From an uncultured Anaerolineaceae bacterium (lineage in GTDB: Bacteria; Chloroflexota; Anaerolineae; Anaerolineales; UBA4823), in contig CAZJMV010000113.1 in assembly GCA_964547225.1 (NCBI GenBank), positions 2,543-66,542 on the forward strand: a stretch of DNA of 64,000 nt, given 5' to 3'. The position numbers and the translations under genes were made by a program. Numbering within the stretch: position 1 is the stretch's first letter; each line of letters opens with the position of its first letter. The notes under the pieces were generated by a model. The model made no database searches. It was not told the DNA's origin and saw nothing but the letters and a program-made list of their open reading frames with translations. This document shows, piece by piece, positions 10,806 through 20,430 of this stretch.

Positions 10806-11000
10806 GTATCTTATAAGGATAAGACTTATCGTCACACAAGCTTTGTGATAAGACACATAAAAATACCCTATCTAAAAAATGTTATTAACAAACTCCTCTT
10901 GAATGAAAAATAGAGGTAAAAGGGGAATTTTCTACATCCTAACGAAGAATGTCGATTTTATCCTTTGCTGCGACTATAATAAACATTAATAGGAGAAATT

Positions 11001-12017
11001 ATGAAAAAAAATATTGCCTTTCTTGGATTTGGAAACGTTGGAAAAGCCCTGGCGAAATTATTGTTAAAGAAAAGAGCTCAGCTTATTATTGATTATTCAC
11101 TAGACTTTTTGGTAACTGGAATCGCCACTTCAAGTCATGGCACAGCGATCAATCCTGATGGATTGGATCTTGAGCTAATCCTAAAAGATGGGGCTGCTTT
11201 GCAGGACCAGAGTAAAGTATCACATATTATCGATTCTTTTGATTTCATTCGCAAATCACAGGCTGACGTTTTATTTGAAACCACGCCAGTCAATTATCAG
11301 ACTGGGCAGCCGGCGATGGATTATATTCGTGCAGGGCTGGAAAATGGCATGCATATCATTACCGCAAACAAAGGTCCAGTCGTGCACGGTTATCGAGCGT
11401 TAACCAAACTAGCACATCAAAAGGGAAAGCAGTTCTATTTTGAAGCCGCGGTGATGGATGGCGCGCCAATCTTCTCCTTGTTCCGGGAGACACTGCCCGC
11501 CGCTAATCTGACCTCTTTCAAAGGAATCCTGAACTCGACCACCAATATGATCCTGACCCGCATGGAAGAAGGTGATAGTTTTGATGAAGCGGTTGCATAC
11601 TGCCAGAAAATTGGCATCGCTGAAACTGATCCCTCGGGGGATGTCGATGGTTGGGATGCAGCTGTGAAAGTCTCTGCCTTGGTGAATGTCTTGATGGGTG
11701 GGTCGATTAAACCCGCTGATGTGGAGCGAGAGGGGATTCGCAAAGTTAGCTCAGAGGATATTTTTTCTGCCAAAGAAAGGAATATGCGCTGGAAATTATT
11801 ATGTTCTGCTGAGAAAGTGTCTGATGGTTTTAATACTTGGGTGCGTCCCGAATTGGTTGGAATTGACTCTCCACTCTATCAAGTTAACGGTACCACAAGT
11901 ATGGTTGAATTTCAAACGGATGTTCTGGGAAATCTTTCAATTTTTGAAAAGGATCCAAGCCCACACACTACAGCATACGGACTTTTAGCTGATTTTATTA
12001 ATGCTGTGAAAAAATGA
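11001..12017 (+). CDS. hom: Homoserine dehydrogenase (short form, no ACT domain)
   Basis: NAD-binding IAFLGFGNVGKAL, then ITANKGPV, FEAAVMDGAPI and GILNSTTNMILTRM. GGAG lies 6 nt before the ATG. Confidence 0.8.
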   Translation: MKKNIAFLGFGNVGKALAKLLLKKRAQLIIDYSLDFLVTGIATSSHGTAINPDGLDLELILKDGAALQDQSKVSHIIDSFDFIRKSQADVLFETTPVNYQTGQPAMDYIRAGLENGMHIITANKGPVVHGYRALTKLAHQKGKQFYFEAAVMDGAPIFSLFRETLPAANLTSFKGILNSTTNMILTRMEEGDSFDEAVAYCQKIGIAETDPSGDVDGWDAAVKVSALVNVLMGGSIKPADVEREGIRKVSSEDIFSAKERNMRWKLLCSAEKVSDGFNTWVRPELVGIDSPLYQVNGTTSMVEFQTDVLGNLSIFEKDPSPHTTAYGLLADFINAVKK

Positions 12018-12039
12018 TGATGTTGAATAAAGTGTTGAT

Positions 12040-13290
12040 TTATGAATTCTGGTTGTCAGAAGAGATGTTATTTAACTCTTCTGATTCTGTTTCTAATTCA
12101 GTAATACTTGTTTCGGTTAAATCTGCATCATCTTGAATTTCTTTTTGGCTGAAGTTATCGTATTCATTACTAACATCTTCCATCGCCCAGGCGATTTGCT
12201 TTTCCAATGGTACCTGTCTCATACTAAGTGCAATCCTCTTTTTTTCTGGATTTACTTCGAGCACTTTTAATAACACAGTCTCACCTGATTTGATAGCAGT
12301 TTTTGGGTCTTGTGATGATGAATAACCAACCTGACTGATATGAATCAATCCTTCAATTCCGTATGGTAGACGGACAAATGCTCCAAAGTCAACCTGTCTA
12401 GTGACTTTTCCTTCAATATAATCACCAGCTTCCAAGGTTTCTCCAATTGTATCCCATGGGCTAGGCAGGACGGCTTTACGGCTTAGACTTACACGTTGTT
12501 TTTCCAAGTCTATGCTAATAATCTTCACATCGATTTCATCACCAACTTTTAAGATCTCAGTTGGATGTTTTACTTTCTTCCAGTCGATTTGAGATATATG
12601 AACTAGACCATCGACACCATCTAAATCGACAAAAACACCAAAATCTACAATACTTGAAACGCGTCCCTTTATGATTTGACCTTTTTTAAGTTCTTTAAGT
12701 CTTTCGCTTCTTTTTTCTTCTTGTGCTGCTAATGCCGAGAAAATTAGTCGATTTCGATATTGAGCTACTTCAATTACTTTTACTTCAATAGTTGAACCCA
12801 TTAGACTCTTTTTCACTTGTTCAGCATGTTTGGGATTTTTAATGCTTTGTATCTCAGGAACAAGCGAGAACGGTAGGAAACCTCGCAAATTATCAAATTT
12901 CAGAAGCAGACCACCACGATTATGTCCAACCACCTCTAGGTCAACCATTAAACCTTCTTCCATGATTTTTTCTGCTTTTTTCCAGCTAGCGTATTCGATA
13001 CCTTTGCTAATCGATACCTGTAATTCTCTATCTCCCTCTGCTTGACCTAGTACAAAAACCGTCACTACATCGCCAACTTTTAATGATGAAACATAGTCTT
13101 CATCTAATCTGCTTAGGTCTTTTGTTTGGATAAGAGCATCTCTTTTTAACCCAACATCAACGAGGAACCCTTCATCTTCGATACTCAGGATTGTTCCTTC
13201 GATAATATCTCCTGTTTTAGGGTTATGGTAATCGTATTCGTTGAGAAAATTTTCGTACCATTGTGGTTGTTTTTCGTTATTCTGATCCAT
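12040..13290 (-). CDS. rpsA: 30S ribosomal protein S1 (four S1 domains)
   Basis: Repeated S1 OB-fold modules (GDIIEGTILSIEDEGFLVDVG, GQIIKGRVSSIVDFGVFVDL, GDYIEGKVTRQVDFGAFVRL) and an acidic C-terminal tail. Confidence 0.85.
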   Translation of the reverse strand: MDQNNEKQPQWYENFLNEYDYHNPKTGDIIEGTILSIEDEGFLVDVGLKRDALIQTKDLSRLDEDYVSSLKVGDVVTVFVLGQAEGDRELQVSISKGIEYASWKKAEKIMEEGLMVDLEVVGHNRGGLLLKFDNLRGFLPFSLVPEIQSIKNPKHAEQVKKSLMGSTIEVKVIEVAQYRNRLIFSALAAQEEKRSERLKELKKGQIIKGRVSSIVDFGVFVDLDGVDGLVHISQIDWKKVKHPTEILKVGDEIDVKIISIDLEKQRVSLSRKAVLPSPWDTIGETLEAGDYIEGKVTRQVDFGAFVRLPYGIEGLIHISQVGYSSSQDPKTAIKSGETVLLKVLEVNPEKKRIALSMRQVPLEKQIAWAMEDVSNEYDNFSQKEIQDDADLTETSITELETESEELNNISSDNQNS

Positions 13291-13388
13291 ACTTAATGAT
13301 TTATATTCGTCTCCTTAATGGTTTATGTGTAGGTGATTTGAAATAATGAATAAAATTATTCCGTTCGATTCCACCAATGACTTGTCAC

Positions 13389-13417
13389 AATATATCATTG
13401 AATAATGAACCTGTCAA
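13389..13417 (-). promoter_or_regulatory. Near-consensus sigma70-type promoter upstream of rpsA
   Basis: On the minus strand: TTGACA (13417-13412), a 17-nt spacer, then TATATT (13394-13389). This lies about 95 nt upstream of the rpsA ATG. Confidence 0.5.
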
Positions 13418-13468
13418 ATTTTATCCAATCATCTGATTAATTTAATAAATATTAGGTAGTACGCTGAT

Positions 13469-14689
13469 TTATGTCATCCATTCGATGATCGTTGCTTCTC
13501 CTTGTCCAACGCCAACACATAAAGTTGCAATCCCGTAATATGGGTCCTTTTCCTCAGGCGCGCGTCTTTTCATCTCATGAATCAGGGTTGTTAGGATGCG
13601 AGCGCCTGAACAACCTAATGGATGACCAAGAGCGATAGCGCCGCCATTTACATTGGTATTTTCTTGGGAAATACCAAGCTCTTGCATTACGTAAAGTGCC
13701 TGAACTGCAAACGCTTCATTAATCTCTATTAATCCGATTTGATCTATCGATAATTTGGCGCGTTTGAGAGCTTTCCTTGTGGCTTCGATCGGACCAGTTC
13801 CCATAATGCGTGGTTCAACACCTGCAGCAGCGGATGATAATACCCTTGCCATAGGTTTTAGACCGAGTTGCTTAGCTTTTTCATGGCTAGTAATCAATAC
13901 AGCAGCAGCGCCATCATTTAACCCTGATGAATTACCAGCAGTTACGCTTCCATTTTTTCTAAATGCGGGTCGTAATTTACCCAAGACATCTGGTGTTGTA
14001 TCACGTCGTGGTCTCTCATCTGTATCGATGATAATGGGATCACCTTTTCGTTGAGGAATGCTCACGGGAATGATTTCCTCTGCGAATTTACCAGAATCGA
14101 TTGCTGCAATCGCCCGTTGATGGCTTTGATAGGCAAATTCGTCCTGAAGTTCACGAGTAATATTAGGAGACATTTCGTAGATATTCTCAGCGGTTTCGCC
14201 CATTGCTTCTATTCCATAGGTGGCTTCGATTATTGGATTTGGGTAGCGCCAACCGAGTGCAGTATCCCAAGCTGTAATATTACCCCAAGCATAAGCCTTG
14301 GATTGTTTGGGTAATGAATAAGGGGCTCTGCTCATATTCTCCACACCACCAGCAATAAAAAGATCTCCCTCACCTACTCGAATTGCTCTAACAGCTTGGT
14401 TGATGGCATTTAGTCCAGATGCACAAAGACGATTGAAAGTTACCGCAGGTATTGTGGGTGGGAATCCAGCGATCAAGGATGCCATACGAGCGACATTACG
14501 GTTGTCTTCTCCTGCTTGATTCGCGCAACCCATATATACTTCTTCAATTTCAGACGGATCTATTTTTGTTCGTTCTATGATTGCTTTTAATACAATAGCT
14601 GCTAAGTCGTCAGCTCTGACATCAGCGAGTTCTCCGCCTAATGATCCAATTGGGGTTCTAATGGCATCAATTATAACAGCTTCTTGCAT
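13469..14689 (-). CDS. Acetyl-CoA C-acyltransferase (thiolase)
   Basis: Thiolase motifs [11 protein letters not shown] (active-site Cys), [12 protein letters not shown] and [12 protein letters not shown]. Start moved to ATG 14689 (MQEAVIID), 6 nt after GGAG. Confidence 0.9.
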   Translation of the reverse strand: MQEAVIIDAIRTPIGSLGGELADVRADDLAAIVLKAIIERTKIDPSEIEEVYMGCANQAGEDNRNVARMASLIAGFPPTIPAVTFNRLCASGLNAINQAVRAIRVGEGDLFIAGGVENMSRAPYSLPKQSKAYAWGNITAWDTALGWRYPNPIIEATYGIEAMGETAENIYEMSPNITRELQDEFAYQSHQRAIAAIDSGKFAEEIIPVSIPQRKGDPIIIDTDERPRRDTTPDVLGKLRPAFRKNGSVTAGNSSGLNDGAAAVLITSHEKAKQLGLKPMARVLSSAAAGVEPRIMGTGPIEATRKALKRAKLSIDQIGLIEINEAFAVQALYVMQELGISQENTNVNGGAIALGHPLGCSGARILTTLIHEMKRRAPEEKDPYYGIATLCVGVGQGEATIIEWMT

Positions 14690-14841
14690 AATAGTCTCCT
14701 TTGTTTTTATCAACGATGATTTACTATTTTACCATTGTGGTCATGGTTTTCGACCATAAATTGTAAGAATTGAGGTTCTCACGGTTGATTATTTATGAAA
14801 TGATCTTTACTTTGAGCGTTATTTTAGAGCGATTTGGAAAA

Positions 14842-15519
14842 TTATTCCAGGTTCTTTACATATATCTGCCGAGAAATATCTGGTCCAATTACAATAGTCT
14901 TTTCCCTCTCTGAAACTTGTAATTCTAAATTCTTATCGAAGGGGGAATAGTTCATCACCGTTATGTTTGTGTTTGGAGTTAATCCTATTTCGCTAAGATA
15001 ACGTAAGAGTTCTGGGCTATTATCGTTTACTCTTTGAATAATTACTTTTTGCTTTGAAGTGATTGTAGATAACTGTATCCATTTGGTGGAGGGTAGCTTT
15101 AAATCTCTGGTGGGGATTGGATCTCCATGTGGGTCATGGGTGGGATCTCCAAGAACAATAGCTATTCTTTCCTCTAATTCTTCTGAAATTGAATGTTCGA
15201 GGATATCAGCTTCGGCATGAACCTCATCCCATTTATAACCAAGAATCTGGTGAAGGAACATTTCAATAAGTCTATGATGACGAATGACTTCTAATGCTCT
15301 TGAACGACCAGTATCTGTGAGAATAACGCCGTGATGACTCTGATAACTAACTAAAGGTGGATTGGTACTGGACAACCGCTTGACCATTCCAGTAACAGAA
15401 GCGGGCGTAATATTCATGGCTTCTGCGATTTGGTTTGTACTGGCGCGTTCAGATGTTAAGGTAATTTCATAGATCACTTTTAGATAATCTTCGATGGTTT
15501 GGGTTAATTTATAGGTCAT
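14842..15519 (-). CDS. DtxR/MntR-family metal-dependent transcriptional regulator with C-terminal SH3/FeoA-like domain
   Basis: TIEDYLKVIYEI, a wHTH, IRHHRLIEMFL and the metal-site region THDPHGDPIP. Lies 31 bp downstream of the FeoB membrane gene. Confidence 0.85.
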   Translation of the reverse strand: MTYKLTQTIEDYLKVIYEITLTSERASTNQIAEAMNITPASVTGMVKRLSSTNPPLVSYQSHHGVILTDTGRSRALEVIRHHRLIEMFLHQILGYKWDEVHAEADILEHSISEELEERIAIVLGDPTHDPHGDPIPTRDLKLPSTKWIQLSTITSKQKVIIQRVNDNSPELLRYLSEIGLTPNTNITVMNYSPFDKNLELQVSEREKTIVIGPDISRQIYVKNLE

Positions 15520-15550
15520 ACTATTTCCTAAGTTTATTGTGATGATCTGA

Positions 15551-16984
15551 TTAATAAATCCCTGTTACTATTCTCCATATTTGCGCCACAAAGAAAGTAA
15601 CCAAAAAGCCTAAGAATAAAGGCAGCAAAGAAGCTATTAGTGTCCATTTTATGCTACCAGATTCTTTATAGATCGTGTAAATGGTTGTGCTACAAGGGTT
15701 GTGAATCAAGCTAAAGAGCATAAGGTTGACGGCGGTTAATAATGTCCAATTTCCAGCTTGCAGGATAGTAACAGTATTGTTTTCTCCAGTTTCAAACATT
15801 ACTCCTGCGCCACTTCCATAACTCGACATTCCAGTAACTAATATCGTTAACATTAAAATTGTGGGGATAACAATCTCATTGGCTGGTATTGCGATGATAT
15901 AAGCCAGCAGGATTATGCCATTCAATCCAATTAGAATTCCAAAAGGATTGAGGAAATTGATAATATGTTCTGCAAGCGTGAAATTTTGGATATAAATATT
16001 TGAAACTAACCAAATTACTGCGCCGGCAGGTGCTGCAAATACAATCGCGCGCCAAAGAACAAAAAGAGTACGATCAATGATCGATGTATAGATTGTTTGA
16101 AGAATTCTAGGTGGTCGATAGGGAGGAAGCTCTAAACTAAAGGTAGAAACCTCTCCTCGTAGAATGGTTTTAGATAACCCCCAGGAGATGAGAAATGTCA
16201 AGAGAATCCCCAATAATGCAATACTGATCACTGCCAGTGCGGATATGAAACCTGCAAGATGTGCTGGAACCAAGACCCCGATAAAAAGGGAGGCAATCAG
16301 GATCTGAGTTGGCCATCTTCCATTGCAGAGGGCAAAATTATTTGTAATCATGGCAATAAGTCGTTCACGAGGACTATCAATGATCCTGGTAGCAATAATC
16401 CCGGCTGCATTGCACCCGAAACCCATCATCATGCTCAAGGATTGTTTCCCATGCGCTCCACATTTTTTGAAGATATTATCTAGATTGAAGGCAACGCGGG
16501 GAAGATATCCCAAGTCTTCAAGCAATGTGAATAGCGGAAAAAAAATTGCCATAGGAGGTAACATCACGCTAACCACCCAGGCAGTTGCTAAATATATACC
16601 ATCAATGAACAGTCCGGATAACCAAAAGGGACTATGGATCATTTTCGCTACATGATGTAAAGCTGGATATAGTTTGCCTATTAGGAGATCCGAAAGTAAA
16701 GCTGAAGGATAATTTGCTCCGATAATAGTTAACCAGAAGATGAATGCAAATAGTAATAACATGATCGGAAACCCCCACATACGGCTGGTTACAATATGAT
16801 CTACTGTTCTGTCAAAATCAAATCTAGGTTTTTGTCCGGGTCGAGTTGTGGCACGGTCCGCAATCTGAGTAGCATGGGTGAATGTGGATTCCATAACACG
16901 CTCGTGAAAATCGCCTAATTGCCAGCGTAGCGATTGAGCAAGTTTGATCACATCCTCGGGCTTTTTTTTCTCCATAGTATTCAT
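15551..16984 (-). CDS. feoB: Ferrous iron transporter FeoB, membrane (permease) portion
   Basis: 477 aa. [22 protein letters not shown] followed by polytopic gate-motif regions typical of the FeoB C-terminal domain. Its ATG overlaps the stop of the G-domain ORF (ATGA at 16981-16984). Confidence 0.85.
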   Translation of the reverse strand: MNTMEKKKPEDVIKLAQSLRWQLGDFHERVMESTFTHATQIADRATTRPGQKPRFDFDRTVDHIVTSRMWGFPIMLLLFAFIFWLTIIGANYPSALLSDLLIGKLYPALHHVAKMIHSPFWLSGLFIDGIYLATAWVVSVMLPPMAIFFPLFTLLEDLGYLPRVAFNLDNIFKKCGAHGKQSLSMMMGFGCNAAGIIATRIIDSPRERLIAMITNNFALCNGRWPTQILIASLFIGVLVPAHLAGFISALAVISIALLGILLTFLISWGLSKTILRGEVSTFSLELPPYRPPRILQTIYTSIIDRTLFVLWRAIVFAAPAGAVIWLVSNIYIQNFTLAEHIINFLNPFGILIGLNGIILLAYIIAIPANEIVIPTILMLTILVTGMSSYGSGAGVMFETGENNTVTILQAGNWTLLTAVNLMLFSLIHNPCSTTIYTIYKESGSIKWTLIASLLPLFLGFLVTFFVAQIWRIVTGIY

Positions 16985-17859
16985 TTGACTGCCTCAACTT
17001 GGGTTTCAACAACTTGTGTTTTATCCTCTTCAGAGATAACTGATTCCAAAATTCCAATTTCTCCGTTTAAGAATGCTTCAGCAATTCGTTCATCACCATC
17101 TAGTAATCTTGTTGCAACCCAATGTACATTAGGTAATTCAGGATAAAGTTCAGTGATTTCATCAGACAATTTGTAGATTGCTTCCTTTAATTGTGGTGAA
17201 TCATGTTCGATTCGATAGGGTTTGCAAATCGTTTTTCCAGTAGCTACATTGTTTACTTCTTCTAGTAGCCTATCCAACCCTTTTTTCATTCGAGCAATGG
17301 TAGGCACAACTGGAACACCTAAGTCTCTCGCCAACCTGCGCTCATCGATGATCAGTCCATGGCGTTTAGCTTCATCGAGTAGATTCAGGCAAACAACTAC
17401 TCTATCTGTAATTTCTAGGACTTGTAACACCAAATTTAAATTGAGTTCTAATCGGGTTGCATCCACTACGACAACACAAACATCCGGGTGCCCAAATAAT
17501 ATAAAATCACGAGCGATTTCTTCATCAAGACTAGTGGCTAATAAGGAATACGTTCCTGGGAGATCAACGATTTTATAACGATAATCACCATATTCATATC
17601 CACCTTCTGCACGCGTAACCGTCTTTCCGGGCCAATTTCCGGTATGTTGTTTTAAACCAGTAAGCGCATTGAAGACAGTGCTTTTTCCGACATTGGGATT
17701 TCCGGCTAGTGCAACTACAAAATCCCAGTCCTGCATATCAACACCAAGTTTTAATAGATTGGATTTATTATGGATTGGGCAGTTCTGGCAGTTTCCCCCA
17801 GTAAGTTTTACTAAATTGGTACTCCCAAATTGATCTTCTTTCTTGGTTGGTATAGCCAT
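16981..17859 (-). CDS. feoB: Ferrous iron transporter FeoB, N-terminal GTPase plus helical domain, encoded as a separate ORF
   Basis: G1 [10 protein letters not shown]3 DLPG and the FeoB-type G4/G5 region. It also has a ~45-aa N-terminal extension containing CQNCP. Confidence 0.85.
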   Translation of the reverse strand: MAIPTKKEDQFGSTNLVKLTGGNCQNCPIHNKSNLLKLGVDMQDWDFVVALAGNPNVGKSTVFNALTGLKQHTGNWPGKTVTRAEGGYEYGDYRYKIVDLPGTYSLLATSLDEEIARDFILFGHPDVCVVVVDATRLELNLNLVLQVLEITDRVVVCLNLLDEAKRHGLIIDERRLARDLGVPVVPTIARMKKGLDRLLEEVNNVATGKTICKPYRIEHDSPQLKEAIYKLSDEITELYPELPNVHWVATRLLDGDERIAEAFLNGEIGILESVISEEDKTQVVETQVEAVK

Positions 17860-17869
17860 TAGGATTTTT

Positions 17870-18895
17870 TTACTCCTTTGATGTTTCTACACAAATTTGA
17901 GCTGCTTGTTCATTTCTCAAGGCGATCAATGTATCTCTGATGAAATAAGCAGTTGGGTCACCTCCCGGACTATTCATTTCAGTTTTGATGATTGTTCCTG
18001 GTAATATACCTAAGTCCATCATTCGCCGACGCTCCACACCTCTCATTCGGGGGGATATAGTGATTACCTTTCCAAATTGACCGGGTTTTAGAGCACTTAG
18101 CGGAGTACCACGACATTCTTTTTGCATCTCTTTTTCGGAAACAGGTATAACAGATACATTAGCAGCGACAATTGGGGCAAGGATATGTTCATCTTCATTT
18201 CCCCATACGATTATTCTCTGTGCAGTTTTATCTAGAATTCTTATATGCATTCCTGGATAAAAACCTTCTGCAATTAATTGTGAGTATATTTCTTTTGGTT
18301 CATCTTCTAGATGAACGATTTGCAAAGGCTGATCAATTTCCATATTTGTTAATGGTTCTCCACCATGAACAACGAATTCTAAGGAAGCTGTTGGGATTGG
18401 ATCACCATGTGGGTCATGAGAGGGATATCCAAGGTGTGAAGATAATGCGTTAATCTCTTCAACTGTTATTGAATGTTCCTTTTGTTCAGCTAGATCGTGC
18501 CAGTGAGATTCTTGATATCCAGTCTCTTCGGCAAGGTATCTTTCTAATAATCGGTGCGCGCGAATTATTCTCAAAGCATATTCGTTCCCCTTTTTTGTAA
18601 GTGAAAACCGCTCCCCTGTAAGTATTACCAAATCTTTAGATTGTATATCAGAGAGCAATTTTGTAGCATGGGATTGAGATATATTTAAAGCGCCAGCTAG
18701 ACTATCTATTGTTGTAGGATTACCATGCCTCTCACATTTGTGCATTTGCTTCAATGCATCTTCTTGTAGGACTTGGTTGGTGAGTCGCTGAGATCTTTGG
18801 ATGTATCCTACCAAGCCACCTTTTGGGAAAAATAATAGAGCTAGGCTGCTAATCATCAAAGATCCAATCATTAAAGCAAATAAGGGATTTATCAT
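17870..18895 (-). CDS. DtxR-family regulator with an N-terminal hydrophobic anchor and two C-terminal FeoA/SH3-like modules
   Basis: Hydrophobic MINPLFALMIGSLMISSLALLFFPK, then a wHTH, IIRAHRLLERYL and SHDPHGDPIP. The FeoA-like part is LSALKPGQFGKVITI...GILPGTIIK. Confidence 0.75.
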   Translation of the reverse strand: MINPLFALMIGSLMISSLALLFFPKGGLVGYIQRSQRLTNQVLQEDALKQMHKCERHGNPTTIDSLAGALNISQSHATKLLSDIQSKDLVILTGERFSLTKKGNEYALRIIRAHRLLERYLAEETGYQESHWHDLAEQKEHSITVEEINALSSHLGYPSHDPHGDPIPTASLEFVVHGGEPLTNMEIDQPLQIVHLEDEPKEIYSQLIAEGFYPGMHIRILDKTAQRIIVWGNEDEHILAPIVAANVSVIPVSEKEMQKECRGTPLSALKPGQFGKVITISPRMRGVERRRMMDLGILPGTIIKTEMNSPGGDPTAYFIRDTLIALRNEQAAQICVETSKE

Positions 18896-18942
18896 AAAGA
18901 AATCTCTCCATATAATCGTTAAATAAGATTTTTCAATATTGA

Positions 18943-18971
18943 ATCTTAGTTGATTTGACAGAATATGTCAA
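18943..18971 (-). promoter_or_regulatory. Candidate sigma70-type promoter of the feo cluster, with its -35 inside a palindrome
   Basis: On the minus strand: TTGACA (18971-18966), a 17-nt spacer, then TAAGAT (18948-18943). The -35 is one arm of the palindrome TTGACAGAATATGTCAA (18955-18971). GGAGAG precedes the ATG at 18895. Confidence 0.45.
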
Positions 18972-18987
18972 TAGATGAAATAATAAT

Positions 18988-19006
18988 TTAGTTTATCCTA
19001 AATTAA
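18988..19006. promoter_or_regulatory. DtxR/IdeR iron-box-like 19-mer
   Basis: TTAGTTTATCCTAAATTAA matches the 19-bp DtxR consensus TTAGGTTAGCCTAACCTAA at 15 of 19 positions by my count. It lies within the inverted repeat AATTTAG-N6-CTAAATT (18985-19004). Confidence 0.45.
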
Positions 19007-19086
19007 TTCTACACTCTTCTGGATAAAATTCAGCCCATTGATCAATAATTTAATTGTCGATGGATTTCGATTTTAATCCGTTTGGG

Positions 19087-20337
19087 TTAGAAAGAGTTGA
19101 TTATGTCTAATATCCCTTTGATATTTAATAGTGCTTTCGGTATGATGGATGATTTCAGGATATATTCCTGATCAATACCTCTTTCAGGATCCTTTTGTGA
19201 ACAATGAGAGTTTCCTCCTGAAGGTCCAAGTCCATCTAGAGTGGGGAATTTTTCCCACAATAGGTTCCCATCACTTAATCCACCACGAGATTCTCTCATG
19301 ACGTTAATATTCAGAGATAAGGCAGCATTTTCCCAGATCGAAAACAAGTATTCCGTTTTTGGGTTTACAGGCCATGGGCTGGTTTTGTCCAATACCTTAA
19401 TCGTAACCTTACTAAGGATCCCATCATAATTTTTTACTGTAGCATTTTCTTGTAAAGCGATGATATTCTTAATCCCATGATCAAATACATCAGGTGAAAA
19501 TGCACGCATCTCGCATTCTGCTTCAGCATAATGCGGTACGCGATTTATTAAAGTCCCACCTTCGACAGTTCCAACATTGAAAGTAATATCATGTTCGTAA
19601 TTGGTGAGTTTAGTGACAGCTTCAATCGTTCGCGCAATTTGATGAATTGCATTTATCCCTTTTTGATGATTATTACCAGCATGAGCAGATTTTCCTTCGG
19701 CGATAATCTTAAAGGTGGCGCGTCCTTTTCTAGATATGACTAATGGAAAATTGGGAGGCTGTAAATTTCCACCCTCAAAGACCAAGCAAGCGATGGTTTC
19801 TTTTTCTGGGAACCTACGCACACAAATTTCACCGAAATCATCAGAAAGAATTTCCTCAGAAGCATTCAACGATACCTCCCAATTGACTCTGGAAAAAATC
19901 TCTGGATAAAACCTTTTGATGCTATCTAAGACCAAATAAATCATAATGGTTCCGCCTTTGATATCGACGGTACCAGGTCCATAGATCAGATCTCCAATTT
20001 CTAACCATTTGAAGTCATTTTCTTTTTCTTCTTCGAGTGGAAAAACTGTATCTAGGTGTGAAATCATCGCAATAGTAGGGGTAAAGGGCTTCCTGGAAAA
20101 TCTATGTAGAGCATTAGACTTCATGAAAAGGTGATTTCCCAATTTTTTATTTGTGGATGGGAAAAATTCTGCTGAAAAACCCAATAAAGAAAAAACATCT
20201 TGAGTATATCTACCTAGTTTATTAACTCCACTTTGATTTTCACTAAACGTATTAATCGAAACCATTTCCTGAAGGATTTTCAAGTACTCATCTAATTTGT
20301 TCTCAAGGTGATTTTCTAAGGTTTTTTGATTATCCAT
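19087..20337 (-). CDS. M20 family metallopeptidase (carboxypeptidase G2 / deacylase-like)
   Basis: MISHLDTVFP (His/Asp metal ligands), GPGTVDIKGG, SEE and AHAG motifs. 416 aa. Confidence 0.8.
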   Translation of the reverse strand: MDNQKTLENHLENKLDEYLKILQEMVSINTFSENQSGVNKLGRYTQDVFSLLGFSAEFFPSTNKKLGNHLFMKSNALHRFSRKPFTPTIAMISHLDTVFPLEEEKENDFKWLEIGDLIYGPGTVDIKGGTIMIYLVLDSIKRFYPEIFSRVNWEVSLNASEEILSDDFGEICVRRFPEKETIACLVFEGGNLQPPNFPLVISRKGRATFKIIAEGKSAHAGNNHQKGINAIHQIARTIEAVTKLTNYEHDITFNVGTVEGGTLINRVPHYAEAECEMRAFSPDVFDHGIKNIIALQENATVKNYDGILSKVTIKVLDKTSPWPVNPKTEYLFSIWENAALSLNINVMRESRGGLSDGNLLWEKFPTLDGLGPSGGNSHCSQKDPERGIDQEYILKSSIIPKALLNIKGILDIINSF

Positions 20338-20430
20338 GTTAAATTTTCCTAAAGATGTGTTTTTTTATCAAGCAATAGAAAATGAAAATAGTTTTATTCG
20401 TAATTATTTCTAAGGAGATCAATAAGTTTT

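Noticed and set aside
10806-11000. 195-bp region upstream of hom considered as an amino-acid riboswitch, T-box or attenuator. It includes the imperfect hairpin CTTATCGTCACA...TGTGATAAG at about 10830-10857.
   Set aside because: I could not recognise any conserved riboswitch core (SAM, lysine, T-box specifier/T-box sequence), leader peptide or terminator/antiterminator pair. The hairpin is more simply a weak terminator for the DUF3090 gene.
12018-12039. Expected bidirectional terminator between the convergent hom and rpsA.
   Set aside because: The gap is only 22 bp and contains no inverted repeat. Termination signals, if any, must lie inside the coding ends.
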